NCBI GenBank assembly: GCA_028693085.1
Contig: JAQUWC010000001.1
Location: 18,951 to 82,950 of the forward strand
From: Bacteroidales bacterium
Lineage (GTDB): Bacteria > Bacteroidota > Bacteroidia > Bacteroidales > WCHB1-69
DNA: 64,000 nucleotides
Direction: 5' to 3'
The translations under genes were made by a program, and so were the position numbers. Every line of letters begins with the position of its first letter. Position 1 is the first letter of the stretch. The notes below the pieces were generated by a model, which saw only the letters and a program-made list of their open reading frames with translations, was not told the DNA's origin and did not search any database. Shown in pieces: positions 1 through 10,717 of this stretch.

Positions 1-1785
1 CAATTGCTTTGAAATATTTTGTGCTTTGGTTTCGTCGGTTTCGTTAACTATTGCATTTACCAGAGGATGGTTGGCGTTTACATTTAGATTGGCTTTATCC
101 ATTTCCATACCGTAGAAGCCGGTTTCACCCGTCATTTTTTGCATGTCGTTCCATCTTCTAAGAAATTCAGGTTTGGTAATATATACCGGCAAATCGGTTT
201 CGTCCATATTTTCCAATACAACAGTAAATACCTCTTTGTTGACTGTTTTTTCAAAAGTTTCTTTGAGTTGATTTTGTTGTTCTTCACTCAATTTCGAAGG
301 CAGTGCTTCTTCTTTTTGTATCAATTTATCAATCACGTCGGCGTCGATGCGTGAAAAGCTTACTTTATCGAGTTTTTGTTCCAAAAAGTTAACAAAGTGC
401 ATATCCAAAATGCCGTCTAAATTTAAGACGTCGTAGCCTTTTTCTTTAGCAGCTTTTAATGCCGTGTATTGTTCTTCTTGGTTGTTTGTATATAGATGTA
501 CAAGGGCATTGTTCTTATCTTTCTGTAGGACTTCGATATGTTTTTCATACTCATCGATAGTAAAGTATTTATTATCTGTATTTTTCAACAGCATAAACTT
601 TTTGGCTCTATCGTAAAACTTCTCGTCCGATAAGATACCGTATTGGATAAATGCTTTGATGTGGTCCCATTTTTTCTCGAAATCTTCGCGGTCGGAATTA
701 AACATTTCTTCAAGTTTATCGGCCACTTTTTTAGCAATATGAGCCGATATCTTTTTAACATTACTATCGCTTTGTAAATAACTGCGGCTTACGTTAAGCG
801 GGATATCCGGCGAATCGATCACCCCATGTAAGAGCATTAAAAATTCCGGCACAACGCCTTCCAAATTATCAGTAATGTAAACCTGATTACAATATAATTG
901 TATTTTGTTTTTCTGTATATCAATACGTTGTTTTGCTTTAGGGAAATACAGAATTCCGGTTAAATTAAAGGGATAATCAACATTGATGTGTATGTTGAAC
1001 AGAGGTTGCTCGAAAGAGTAAGGGTATAATTCGCGGTAGAAACTTTCATAATCTTCGGTTTTTAATTCCGAAGGAGATTGTTTCCAAAGCGGATTTGTAT
1101 TATTGATGATGCGAGGAACTTCAATTTCTTTTTCTTTTTCCTCGCCTTCGGGTTTTTCCCATTTTTTTTCATTGCCAAAACGAATGGGAACCGGTAAAAA
1201 CTTAGCATATTTCTTCAACAAATTTAGAATTCGTGTTTCTTCCAAAAATTCCTTTGCATCGTCCGAAATATGTAGAATAATATCTGTTCCGCGACTTTCT
1301 TTTTTGTCTTCTTTCAAAGTGAATTCAGTGCTTCCGCTGCAAGTCCAACGAACGGCTTTTGCATCGGGCTGATAGGATAAACTAAGAATTTCAACTTTAT
1401 CAGCTACCATAAAAGCGGAATAAAAGCCTAATCCAAAATGACCTATCAATGAATTAACATCTACGCCTTTATATTTTTCTAAAAATTCGTTGGCACCCGA
1501 AAAAGCAATGTTGTTGATGTAGCGTTCCACCTCTTCGGCTGTCATACCGATTCCTTTATCCGATATGATTAACTGCTTCTTTTTAGGCTCTAATTTAATT
1601 TCTATCGTTAGATCGCCTAACTCAACATTTGCTTTTCCTACCGACACCAATGCTTGTAGTTTATGTGTGGCATCCACGGCATTGGATACTAATTCTCGTA
1701 AAAATATTTCGTTGTCAGAATATAAAAATTTTTTTATAACGGGGAAAATGTTTTCCGACTGTACACTTATATTTCCTTTTTGCAT
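1..1785 (-). CDS. htpG: Molecular chaperone HtpG (Hsp90 family), 3' end cut by window edge
   Basis: Absent from the ORF track because it runs off the window. Reverse-strand ATG at 1785-1783 gives MQKGNISVQSENIFPVIKKFLYSDNEIFLRELVSNAVDATHKL...DKGIGMTAEEVERYINNIAFSGA, a GHKL ATPase N-terminus typical of HtpG. The frame stays open to base 1. Confidence 0.9.
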   Translation of the reverse strand, partial: MQKGNISVQSENIFPVIKKFLYSDNEIFLRELVSNAVDATHKLQALVSVGKANVELGDLTIEIKLEPKKKQLIISDKGIGMTAEEVERYINNIAFSGANEFLEKYKGVDVNSLIGHFGLGFYSAFMVADKVEILSLSYQPDAKAVRWTCSGSTEFTLKEDKKESRGTDIILHISDDAKEFLEETRILNLLKKYAKFLPVPIRFGNEKKWEKPEGEEKEKEIEVPRIINNTNPLWKQSPSELKTEDYESFYRELYPYSFEQPLFNIHINVDYPFNLTGILYFPKAKQRIDIQKNKIQLYCNQVYITDNLEGVVPEFLMLLHGVIDSPDIPLNVSRSYLQSDSNVKKISAHIAKKVADKLEEMFNSDREDFEKKWDHIKAFIQYGILSDEKFYDRAKKFMLLKNTDNKYFTIDEYEKHIEVLQKDKNNALVHLYTNNQEEQYTALKAAKEKGYDVLNLDGILDMHFVNFLEQKLDKVSFSRIDADVIDKLIQKEEALPSKLSEEQQNQLKETFEKTVNKEVFTVVLENMDETDLPVYITKPEFLRRWNDMQKMTGETGFYGMEMDKANLNVNANHPLVNAIVNETDETKAQNISKQL

Positions 1786-2048
1786 ATCTATTATTGTATT
1801 TAAAATTCGACTTTTTTATACCTTCCAAAACATGTGCCAAGTAAAAACTTACTGACAATGTGTCATTGTATACTATGTGATCCGTTATCCCTTCTTTTTC
1901 TTTTCTATGCTTTCGGTAGGGAGTGGTAATTGTATTATATTTTTATCGTTTAAATACTTACTATCATAGAATGTTTTGTTTATTCATACATAAAAGAACG
2001 AATAGCCAAAAGCTTTCGACACAAAGTCTTTATAAGAAAAAAAAGATA

Positions 2049-2056
2049 TACTTTTG
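2049..2056 (+). promoter_or_regulatory. Bacteroidota -7 promoter box TAnnTTTG (TACTTTTG)
   Basis: Exact match to the TAnnTTTG consensus, 26 nt upstream of the ATG at 2082. Confidence 0.45.
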
Positions 2057-2081
2057 CAAAAAACAAGAAACGCTTTGTGAT

Positions 2082-2867
2082 ATGCAAAAAACAAAACAGT
2101 TGAAAGTAGTTCTAGGAGGTAACGGCAACCTTGCGTGGCATCTGGGATATGCTTTGCAAAAAAACGGAATAGAAATATTGCAAATCTATGGTCGCAATCA
2201 AACTCATATTCAAGCTTTTGCTAAAGAATGGAAGGTGCCTCATACCCATTTATTAGAGCAACTAACACCTCACGCCGACATGTATATCTTTGCTTTAAAA
2301 GATGATGCTTATGCTGAACTGTGCAGTACTTTTCCATTTCGAAATGCATGTATGGTGCATACATCGGGAAGTGTAGACAATGCTATTTTTCAATCCTTAA
2401 CTCCGCATGGAGGTGTTTTATATCCATTTCAAACATTTACCAAAGGCATTGAGCTAAACTTCCGTGATATTCCTTTATGTGTTGACAGTCACGATTCCGA
2501 TTGCGAACAAAACGTATTATTGCTGGCAAATAAATTATCAGACCATGTATATAGAATAAATAGCAATCAACGTAAGTCTTTACATTTATCGGGAGTTTTT
2601 GCGTGTAATTTTGTCAATGCCATGTATTATTTGGCTAAAAACATGGCTGCGGAAAATGAAATAGATTTTGCACTATTACGTCCACTTATTGCCGAAACGG
2701 CTCGTAAAGTACAGATGCATTTACCCGAAGAGGTACAAACCGGACCGGCTATACGCAGTGACCAATCAATAATGTCAGCCCATCTCGAATGGCTAAAAGA
2801 TCCTCAGCTTAAAGATTTGTATGTAAGTATCTCGGATATTATATTTAAAATGCAAAAAACAAAATAA
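2082..2867 (+). CDS. Rossmann-fold NAD(P)-binding protein, DUF2520-like
   Basis: The track ORF starts at 1923, but the first 53 codons overlap the promoter box. MQKTKQLKVVLGGNGNLAWHLGYAL is a G-x-G-x-x-A dinucleotide-binding N-terminus. Family assignment is from recalled similarity to DUF2520 proteins. Confidence 0.6.
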   Translation: MQKTKQLKVVLGGNGNLAWHLGYALQKNGIEILQIYGRNQTHIQAFAKEWKVPHTHLLEQLTPHADMYIFALKDDAYAELCSTFPFRNACMVHTSGSVDNAIFQSLTPHGGVLYPFQTFTKGIELNFRDIPLCVDSHDSDCEQNVLLLANKLSDHVYRINSNQRKSLHLSGVFACNFVNAMYYLAKNMAAENEIDFALLRPLIAETARKVQMHLPEEVQTGPAIRSDQSIMSAHLEWLKDPQLKDLYVSISDIIFKMQKTK

Positions 2868-2990
2868 TTAACTCAAATTATTTTGCCAAAAACTAACAAT
2901 ATTACTTCCGTTGACTCGTTATCTTTACGTTATTAAAAATTATTGTAGATTATTCTTTGTAAACCTATTAATTAACAATATCAAATTAGC

Positions 2991-4325
2991 ATGAAACATT
3001 TCATCTTTGGTTTATTATTATTTCTTTTTATCCCTGCATTACAAGCACAATATCAAATTGAATATTGGGAGAATGAAAACAAACGTAGCGAAGGAAACAT
3101 AATCAACGGTGAAAAAGACAGCGTGTGGATATATTATTATTCCAACGGCAAAAAACAAATGCAAGGGACTTATCAACAGGGGAAACGTATTGGTAATTGG
3201 AAATCATGGTATTCAACGAGTCAATTGTGGTCGGATTATTATCCTGAAACCGGTACATTTACTTCTTGGTATCCCAATGGGAATATCGAAAGCAAAGGCT
3301 ATTTCAAAGACTATCAAAAGAACGGCGAATGGCTGTTTTATCACAACAACGGCAGAGTTAGTAAAAAATGTACTTATGTCAACGATTCATTAGAAGGGTT
3401 GTGTGAAGAATTTCATCCAAACGGAGTCAAATCATTTGAAGGCTATTACCGTAATAATAATTTATACAATGTGGGTCGATGGTGGTATGATAATGGCAAA
3501 ATGGAAATGGCGGGTAAGCTGCACGATGGTTTGCAAGACAGCATATGGCACTACTACTATGAAAACGGACAATTGGGCAGCAGAGGGAATTTTATAGACG
3601 GTAAGCAAGATGGCATTTGGGTGTATTATTATGAAACCGGCGAGAAATGGAAAAACGGTGCGTATAAAGAAGGGAAAAGAATCGGTGTATGGACAGCTTG
3701 GTATGAAAGTGGCAAAAAACAACGCCAAGGTAGTTTCCTCGACGACAAAGAAAACGGCAATTGGGTGCAATGGTATGAAAACGGGAATAAAATGGATGAA
3801 GGCAATTTCTGCTTAGGCGAAATGTGTAAAACTTGGGAAGGCTGGTATGAATCGGGAGTCCTTAAATACCGTATTCAATATCAAAATAATGTTAAAAATG
3901 GAACCTATGTTTATTACTGGGAAAATGCTAAGTTTAGAAGTAAAGGTTATTACAGAAATGATATTAAAGATGGAAAATGGACGGAATATTCCCAATTAGG
4001 CCTTAAATTAGAAGAAGGTAAATTCAAAGAAGGGAAAAAGGAAGGTATGTGGTCGTTTTATGGAAAGAGAGGTGAATTGGTTAGAAAACAAAATTTTAAA
4101 GATCATCTTCCCAATGGCAAATGGATAGAATACTATCCCAATGGGATCAAACAAAGAGAAGGTTCCTATGAAAACCTTGCCAAAACCGGAGTATGGACCT
4201 ATTACGACGAAAAAGGAGAAATTACATATCAAGTATTATATAAAAATAATATGATATTTAAAGTATTAAAAGACAAAAAACCTAACAATAAAACATCACC
4301 TGAAATAAATACGAAAATTCGATAA
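2991..4325 (+). CDS. Secreted MORN-variant repeat protein (YwqK-like repeats)
   Basis: Signal peptide MKHFIFGLLLFLFIPALQAQ, followed by about 18 iterations of G.W..(W/Y)Y.NG......Y..GK..G.W. Confidence 0.7.
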   Translation: MKHFIFGLLLFLFIPALQAQYQIEYWENENKRSEGNIINGEKDSVWIYYYSNGKKQMQGTYQQGKRIGNWKSWYSTSQLWSDYYPETGTFTSWYPNGNIESKGYFKDYQKNGEWLFYHNNGRVSKKCTYVNDSLEGLCEEFHPNGVKSFEGYYRNNNLYNVGRWWYDNGKMEMAGKLHDGLQDSIWHYYYENGQLGSRGNFIDGKQDGIWVYYYETGEKWKNGAYKEGKRIGVWTAWYESGKKQRQGSFLDDKENGNWVQWYENGNKMDEGNFCLGEMCKTWEGWYESGVLKYRIQYQNNVKNGTYVYYWENAKFRSKGYYRNDIKDGKWTEYSQLGLKLEEGKFKEGKKEGMWSFYGKRGELVRKQNFKDHLPNGKWIEYYPNGIKQREGSYENLAKTGVWTYYDEKGEITYQVLYKNNMIFKVLKDKKPNNKTSPEINTKIR

Positions 4326-5689
4326 TGCCGGCAATTCAAAATTTTGTCATACAGTTTCCTCGGAATCAATCAAAGGCTCTAAATCCTTTGATAGAATGCA
4401 GAGTAAATATTATTACCTTAGGTTGTTCCAAAAATACCGTCGATAGTGAGCAATTGGCATTACAACTCAAAACACATGATTTTAAAGTTGAATTCGAATC
4501 CTCAAAACATCTACCCATCACCCTTATAAACACCTGCGGATTTATCCACGATGCAAAAGAACAATCCATAGATATCATATTATCATGTATAGAAGCTAAA
4601 TTACAAGGTAAAATCAAAGTCCTCATAGTGTTTGGATGTTTGTCGCAACGATATGCGGCCGATTTAAAAAAAGAAATGCCCGAAGTAGATGCCTTTTTCG
4701 GGGTAAATCAAATTGCGGATATCTTGAACTATTTACAAGTTGAAACTAATACTGAATTATTATCCAATCGTTTGTTAAGTACCCCGTCACATTATGCCTA
4801 CTTGAAAGTGGCTGAAGGCTGTAATCACCGATGTTCTTTTTGTATTATTCCAAAAATTAGAGGAATGTATGCCTCTAAACCCATCGAACTGATTAAAAAA
4901 GAAGCTAAGCTATTGGCAGAAGCCGGTGTGAAAGAAATCATACTGATTGCACAAGACTTGGCATATTACGGATATGATTTATATAAAAAACGCACGTTAG
5001 CCAAACTCATGGAAGAACTTATAAAAGTAGACGGAGTGGAATGGATACGTTTGCATTATACATATCCCAACCACTTTCCTTTGGAAGTATTGGATGTTAT
5101 GCAAGCAAACGAAAAAGTATGTCATTACTTAGATATTCCAATTCAACATATTAACGATACGATATTGTCGTCCATGCAAAGAAGAATTACCGGCGACGAA
5201 ATAAAAAAACTACTGGAAATCATTCGCCATAAAATTCCCGATATCGCATTGCGAACATCCCTAATCGTTGGATACCCGGGTGAAACAAAAAAAATGTTTA
5301 AAGAACTATGTACCTTTGTTGAAGAAACACAATTTGATCGCTTGGGGGTTTTTACTTATTCGCACGAAGAAAACACCAAAGCTTACACCCTCAAAGATTC
5401 CATTTCTAAAAAAGAAAAAGAAAGAAGAAAAGAAGAGTTGATATATATACAACAAGAAATATCTTTGCAAAAAAACAAACAGTGGAAAGGGAAAACGGTG
5501 AAAGTATTGGTTGATAAGGTCGAAAAAAATTATTATATCGGTCGTACTCCTTATGATTCGCCCGATGTGGATAATACCGTATTGATTTCAAAACGACATT
5601 CAACATGTATTCCCGGTAATTTTTATCCGGTAAGCATTACCAAGGCCGACTATTATGATTTGTATGGAAAGGTAGAAGATAAAAAATAA
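4325..5689 (+). CDS. rimO: Ribosomal protein S12 methylthiotransferase RimO
   Basis: Contains NIITLGCSKNTVDSE (MTTase N domain), the radical-SAM motif CNHRCSFCIIP, and a C-terminal TRAM-like region. The start overlaps the upstream stop by 1 nt (TAATG). Confidence 0.9.
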   Translation: MPAIQNFVIQFPRNQSKALNPLIECRVNIITLGCSKNTVDSEQLALQLKTHDFKVEFESSKHLPITLINTCGFIHDAKEQSIDIILSCIEAKLQGKIKVLIVFGCLSQRYAADLKKEMPEVDAFFGVNQIADILNYLQVETNTELLSNRLLSTPSHYAYLKVAEGCNHRCSFCIIPKIRGMYASKPIELIKKEAKLLAEAGVKEIILIAQDLAYYGYDLYKKRTLAKLMEELIKVDGVEWIRLHYTYPNHFPLEVLDVMQANEKVCHYLDIPIQHINDTILSSMQRRITGDEIKKLLEIIRHKIPDIALRTSLIVGYPGETKKMFKELCTFVEETQFDRLGVFTYSHEENTKAYTLKDSISKKEKERRKEELIYIQQEISLQKNKQWKGKTVKVLVDKVEKNYYIGRTPYDSPDVDNTVLISKRHSTCIPGNFYPVSITKADYYDLYGKVEDKK

Positions 5690-5724
5690 ATACTCATCAA
5701 TACATTATATAATAAAGCTGATAT

Positions 5725-6624
5725 ATGAAAAAACTAATATTTGGAACGTTTACATTGCTTTATTTCATCTTTACGGGATGCAATAAAGATATGACTATAC
5801 CTGTTTATTTTCAGATAGATTCGGTCGATTTTGCAGCTGATTATACACAATATGGTACGGCATCCCATAAAATTACCGATGTATGGGTAAGTGTGAACGG
5901 TGTTGGAGTAGGAGTGTATGAACTGCCTGCCAAATTTCCGGTCTTAGCTTCAGGCCAAGCAAAAATTCAACTCTCTCCCGGAATTATGATGAATGGACTC
6001 TCTTCCAAAAGACCTAATTATCCATTATATACTACTTACATCACAAATCTCAATCTAGAAAAAAAACAAACCTATCGCTTTAATCCTACTTTCACCTATG
6101 AAAAATATGTACAGTTAGCTTTTATGGAAGATTTTGAGGATGCAGGTATTAAATTTGAACAGATTGAAAATAGTCCTTCCATTCAAAAAACAGGTGATGA
6201 ATCTTCGTTGTTCCACTATCCCGGCGAAATTAACAATTATTCCGGCATAGTAAACATTACGGATACAAATGCAAATTTTTTTGAAATCCACACCATTGAA
6301 TCCTTTCCGTATAACTACACCCAGACAAAATACTGCTTTTTAGAACTCAATTATAAATATAAGGTTTCCAATAAAAACGATTCAACAAATTTAGAAGTAG
6401 GCATTTATGTAAAACGTACAACAGGCAATACCGAACAATGCCCCATCATACGCATTAAACATACCGATACGTGGAAAAAAATGTATATTAACTTAACTGA
6501 AATTATTAATAAACAAGGATTGTATTTAAGTTCATTTGCTATTTACATCAAAGGCACTACCCAAGCCGGTGGAACGGCAACTTTTTTATTTGATAATATA
6601 AAATTAATGTATGTCTCCATATAA
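5725..6624 (+). CDS. Hypothetical lipoprotein
   Basis: Lipobox LLYFIFTGC-NKD. No family recognised. Confidence 0.5.
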   Translation: MKKLIFGTFTLLYFIFTGCNKDMTIPVYFQIDSVDFAADYTQYGTASHKITDVWVSVNGVGVGVYELPAKFPVLASGQAKIQLSPGIMMNGLSSKRPNYPLYTTYITNLNLEKKQTYRFNPTFTYEKYVQLAFMEDFEDAGIKFEQIENSPSIQKTGDESSLFHYPGEINNYSGIVNITDTNANFFEIHTIESFPYNYTQTKYCFLELNYKYKVSNKNDSTNLEVGIYVKRTTGNTEQCPIIRIKHTDTWKKMYINLTEIINKQGLYLSSFAIYIKGTTQAGGTATFLFDNIKLMYVSI

Positions 6625-8059
6625 AACGATTAAAATGAATAAAAAGAAGCAAGTTGCTATTTATGTCTTCTTTGACATATTTGCAGCTATGGTGAGTTGG
6701 TTTTGTTTTTTTTCGTTCCGAAAATTTAATGAACCCTATTATCAGACAGTCGAAGAAGTATTTACCGCTATTTTTTCGGATCCAAAATTTTATCTGGGTA
6801 TAAGTGTCATTCCTTTGTGTTGGGTTTTACTTTATATGTTTACGGGAACGTATCGTTCCATTTATCGTAAATCACGTATAAAAGAATTGGAAAAACTCTT
6901 AAAAAATATTTTTTTCGGCTCTATTTTATTGTTTTTCGCCATCATCCTCGATGACCATATTGTAGATTATAGAGACTATATAAAACTGTTTCTTTTATTG
7001 TTTGGCTTGCAGTTTCTTACGACGGCTTTTTTCCGTTTCATAGTAATTACCATTACTAACAATTCGATTCACGACGGACGATTACGTTTTAATGCCATTC
7101 TAGTAGGTGGAGGTCCGGTAGCCTTGGGATTATATAAAAACATGCAAAAACAAAAACAACATTCAGGCACTAAATTTATCGGCTTTGTGTACTGTAATGG
7201 AGAAAAAAGCGAAGAATTAGAAAAGCTTTTGCCTTGTATGGGTTTTTATACCGATTTGCCGGAAATAATTAAAAATGAAAAAATAGAAGAACTGATTATT
7301 GCAATCGGGAACGGCCAAAGAGTAATTTTAGAAAAAATATTCTCCCTCATCGACAAACAAAACATTATCATTAAAATACTTCCCAAAACAGAAGATTATA
7401 TCTTGGGGACAGTGAAAAATACGGCCATCTTTAATGAGCCGCTTATACAAATCAACCTTGATTTCATGCTGCCTCTATGGCAAAGAGTATGTAAACGAGG
7501 AATGGATATCATCCTATCCTTACTATTTATACTTTTGTTTTCACCTCTTTATTTAATTTTATGCATAGGAGTAAAGCGTTCTTCTCCGGGACCTATCTTA
7601 TTTAGACAAGAAAGAATAGGATATAAAGGGAAACCTTTTTATATCGTTAAATTCCGTTCTATGTATATCGATTCTGAAAAAGACGGTCCTCAATTATCAA
7701 GCGAACATGATGAACGTATTACCCCTTTTGGGCGCTTTATCCGACGTACTCATTTGGATGAACTTCCTCAATTTTTCAATGTATTAAGCGGTGAAATGAC
7801 CTTGGTAGGTCCTCGGCCGGAACGTCAGTATTATATTGATAAAATTGTTCAAATTGCCCCGCATTACCGTTTGTTATTATTAACAAAACCCGGACTCACC
7901 TCTTGGGGACAAGTAACATACGGCTATGCCGAAAACGTAGAACAAATGGTTGAACGATTAAAATATGATATGTTATACATTGAAAATATGTCCTTACTTA
8001 TTGATTTAAAAATCTTATTCTATACGGTAGTCGCCGTTTTACGATTTAAAGGAAAATAA
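6611..8059 (+). CDS. Polyprenyl glycosylphosphotransferase (WbaP/EpsB-type sugar transferase)
   Basis: N-terminal TM helices, a Rossmann-like segment, and a C-terminal Bac_transf core: KRGMDIILSLLFILLFSPLYL...GPILFRQERIGYKGKPFYIVKFRSMY...LVGPRPE. An alternative start at 6635 (MNKKKQ) would remove the overlap with the upstream gene. Confidence 0.85.
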   Translation: MSPYKTIKMNKKKQVAIYVFFDIFAAMVSWFCFFSFRKFNEPYYQTVEEVFTAIFSDPKFYLGISVIPLCWVLLYMFTGTYRSIYRKSRIKELEKLLKNIFFGSILLFFAIILDDHIVDYRDYIKLFLLLFGLQFLTTAFFRFIVITITNNSIHDGRLRFNAILVGGGPVALGLYKNMQKQKQHSGTKFIGFVYCNGEKSEELEKLLPCMGFYTDLPEIIKNEKIEELIIAIGNGQRVILEKIFSLIDKQNIIIKILPKTEDYILGTVKNTAIFNEPLIQINLDFMLPLWQRVCKRGMDIILSLLFILLFSPLYLILCIGVKRSSPGPILFRQERIGYKGKPFYIVKFRSMYIDSEKDGPQLSSEHDERITPFGRFIRRTHLDELPQFFNVLSGEMTLVGPRPERQYYIDKIVQIAPHYRLLLLTKPGLTSWGQVTYGYAENVEQMVERLKYDMLYIENMSLLIDLKILFYTVVAVLRFKGK

Positions 8060-8094
8060 ATTTTTATGAAATAAAAAAATACGATAAAAATGTG

Positions 8095-8102
8095 TATTTT
8101 TG
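8095..8102 (+). promoter_or_regulatory. -7 promoter box TATTTTTG
   Basis: TAnnTTTG match 20 nt upstream of the dnaN ATG. Confidence 0.45.
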
Positions 8103-8121
8103 CAAAAAATAAAGCATTATT

Positions 8122-9252
8122 ATGATGAAATTTATAGTATCTAGTCAATTACTATCCAAAAACTTACAAAATGTATGCGGTATAATAACGACAAACAAAA
8201 ACATGCCTATTGTTGAAAACGTGCTGTTTACAGTCGAAGGGAATATGTTAACCCTTACCGCAACCGATTTGGAAACTACAGTTAGTTCACAAATAGAACT
8301 TTCCGAATCAGAAGGAGATGGTAGCATCGTTATACCTGCCAAGTTAATTGTAGAAACCATCAAATCATTAGCAGATATTCCGGTAATCTTTACAATTAAT
8401 GATGATTATAGCATTGAAATTTCTGCCGGCGATGGCTTTTATAATCTGATGGGATGGGATGCGGATCAATTTCCTGAAAAAAGTGAATTAGGAAACAGCA
8501 CAGCCATACAGATTTCTTCCGAACATTTAAGCAATGCCATAAGCAAAACAGCATTTGCTACCGGAAGCGCCGAAATGCGTCCCGTTATGGCCGGCGTATA
8601 TTGTCAATTGTTCCCCGAAAATATTGTTTTTGTGGCAACCGATGCACATCGCCTGGTAAAGTACAACAACAAGTCCGTTAAACCGGGGGTAGAAGCTTCT
8701 TTGATTTTACCCAAAAAACCGCTTTTGTTATTAAAAAATATCATCCCGTCCGATGACAATATAATCAGCATTGCTTATGACGAACGTAATATTCGTTTTA
8801 CCATTGAATCTTTATCCATCACATCGAAGTTAATAGAGGGGAAATATCCTAATTACGAAGCTGTAATTCCAACTAACAATACCAATATTTTACAAATCGA
8901 CCGGCTTGAGTTATTGCAAAAAATGAGAAATATTTCTCTCTACGCCAATCAATCAACGCATCAAGTCCGCATGAAAATTGAAGCTTCAAGATTAACCTTG
9001 ACGGCAGAGGATATAGACTATTCAACCAAAGCAACGGTAAGCATAGCTTGCGTTTTTGAGTGTGAAGAAGAAGTATTCGAAATAGGATTTAGCTCTAAAT
9101 TCTTACAGGAAATGTTAAGTAACTTAACAAGCCAAGAAGTTATATTTAAATTTTCACATCCTAATGGAGCAGGTTTGATTTTTGAGGTAAAAGAGGAAGA
9201 AAGCGAAGAAGAATTACTCATGTTAATCATGCCTGTAATGTTAAATGGTTAG
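8122..9252 (+). CDS. dnaN: DNA polymerase III beta sliding clamp
   Basis: MKFIVSSQLLSKNLQNV...NMLTLTATDLETT...RLVK...GKYPNYEAVIP. The length (376 aa) is typical for DnaN. Confidence 0.9.
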   Translation: MMKFIVSSQLLSKNLQNVCGIITTNKNMPIVENVLFTVEGNMLTLTATDLETTVSSQIELSESEGDGSIVIPAKLIVETIKSLADIPVIFTINDDYSIEISAGDGFYNLMGWDADQFPEKSELGNSTAIQISSEHLSNAISKTAFATGSAEMRPVMAGVYCQLFPENIVFVATDAHRLVKYNNKSVKPGVEASLILPKKPLLLLKNIIPSDDNIISIAYDERNIRFTIESLSITSKLIEGKYPNYEAVIPTNNTNILQIDRLELLQKMRNISLYANQSTHQVRMKIEASRLTLTAEDIDYSTKATVSIACVFECEEEVFEIGFSSKFLQEMLSNLTSQEVIFKFSHPNGAGLIFEVKEEESEEELLMLIMPVMLNG

Positions 9253-9271
9253 TAATTTATAGTTTTTAAAA

Positions 9272-9302
9272 TAAAAGGCTGTCAATTTTCGACAGCCTTT
9301 TA
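9272..9302. terminator. Bidirectional rho-independent terminator between dnaN and rocD
   Basis: AAAAGGCTGTC-aattttc-GACAGCCTTTT: a perfect GC-containing stem with an A-run on one side and a T-run on the other. Confidence 0.6.
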
Positions 9303-9326
9303 TTGTTTGATAGTTCGAAGATTTGA

Positions 9327-10559
9327 TTATTCGAACGAAATGATGGCTTGTTTGATGATTTCACAAGCGGCTAACAATTCTTTTTCGGTAATAACCAAAG
9401 GAGGAGCAAAACGGATAATATCGCCGTGAGTAGGTTTGGCCAATAATCCCATATCGCGCATTTTTAAACATACGTCCCAGGCTTCTTTCCCATTCTTTGG
9501 TCGGATAACAACAGCGTTTAACAAACCTTTACCGCGTACTTTAGCTATCATATCCGATTTAATGTTTTGCATATATTCACGGAATATGTTACCTAATCGT
9601 TCTGCATTTTCCATCATGTGGTCTTCTTTAATGACTTGCAAAGCGGCAATAGCTACTTTACAGGCTAAGGGGAATCCACCAAAGGTCGAGCCATGTTCAC
9701 CGGGTTTAATGCAAAGCATAATATCATCATCAGCCAAAACAGCTGATACGGGAAGTACACCTCCCGAAAGGGCTTTGCCTAAAATGAGAATATCGGGACG
9801 CACATTTTCATGGTCGCATGCTAACATTTTACCCGTACGTCCTATTCCGGTTTGTACTTCATCCGCAATAAACAATACATTGTGTTTTTTACATAATTCG
9901 TAAGTCTTTGTTAAATATCCTTCATCAGGAACAAACACACCGGCTTCTCCTTGTATAGGTTCTACTAAAAAAGCAGCTATGTTTTTCCCGTGTTCATTCA
10001 ACACTTTCTCCAAGGCGTCCACATCATTATAAGGGATACGAATAAATCCCGGGGTTAAAGGTCCATAATTGGCATAAGAATCCGGATCACTCGACATGGA
10101 AATAACCGTAATGGTTCTTCCATGAAAGTTACCGTCACAACAAACAATAGTTACTTTTTCGTTTGGAATACCTTTTTTTACCACACCCCATCGACGGGCT
10201 AATTTCAACGCTGTTTCATCGCCTTCGGCTCCCGTATTCATGGGAAGAACTTTGTCATAACCGAAATAGTCTGTCACAAATTTTTCATAAGGACCTAAAC
10301 AATCATTGTAAAAAGCACGAGAGGTTAATGTCATCGTTTGAGCTTGATCGATTAGAGCTTGTATAATTTTAGGATGACAATGCCCTTGATTTACGGCTGA
10401 ATAGGCCGATAAAAAATCGTAATACTTTTTTCCTTCTACGTCCCACACAAAAGCACCTTTTCCTTTGGTAAGTACTACCGGAAGCGGATGATAATTATGA
10501 GCTCCGTATAAATCTTCCATGTCAATAGCCTGTTGGCTGGATGTTATTTTTTCTACCAT
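9327..10559 (-). CDS. rocD: Ornithine--oxo-acid aminotransferase
   Basis: Class-III aminotransferase. Motifs: [37 protein letters not shown], and LGKALSGG with the PLP-binding lysine. Confidence 0.85.
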   Translation of the reverse strand: MVEKITSSQQAIDMEDLYGAHNYHPLPVVLTKGKGAFVWDVEGKKYYDFLSAYSAVNQGHCHPKIIQALIDQAQTMTLTSRAFYNDCLGPYEKFVTDYFGYDKVLPMNTGAEGDETALKLARRWGVVKKGIPNEKVTIVCCDGNFHGRTITVISMSSDPDSYANYGPLTPGFIRIPYNDVDALEKVLNEHGKNIAAFLVEPIQGEAGVFVPDEGYLTKTYELCKKHNVLFIADEVQTGIGRTGKMLACDHENVRPDILILGKALSGGVLPVSAVLADDDIMLCIKPGEHGSTFGGFPLACKVAIAALQVIKEDHMMENAERLGNIFREYMQNIKSDMIAKVRGKGLLNAVVIRPKNGKEAWDVCLKMRDMGLLAKPTHGDIIRFAPPLVITEKELLAACEIIKQAIISFE

Positions 10560-10613
10560 AACTATGTTATTTTGATTATTATTTTTAATTATTTTCGGTT
10601 ATTTGTCGATATG

Positions 10614-10621
10614 CAAAGATA
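10614..10621 (-). promoter_or_regulatory. -7 promoter box (TATCTTTG on minus strand)
   Basis: TAnnTTTG match 55 nt upstream of the rocD ATG. Confidence 0.35.
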
Positions 10622-10717
10622 AATGAAAAACAAATAGTTTTCCTCTTTCGACAAAAAGATTTTTATCTTGCAGGTATAAAGGTTATTATATTTACTTTCG
10701 GCTAAGATTGGAAAGGA

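Noticed and set aside
1923-2081. N-terminal extensions of track ORFs, including 1923, 11650, 16482, 38804, 40104, 42942, 48963 and 50747
   Set aside because: The extensions overlap promoter boxes or neighbouring genes, use TTG/GTG starts, or precede an obvious signal peptide or conserved N-terminus. Internal ATG starts were chosen instead.
3109-4232. Several overlapping ORFs on both strands within the MORN-repeat gene
   Set aside because: They are shadow frames of a repetitive gene. Only the 2991-4325 frame has a signal peptide and coherent repeats.
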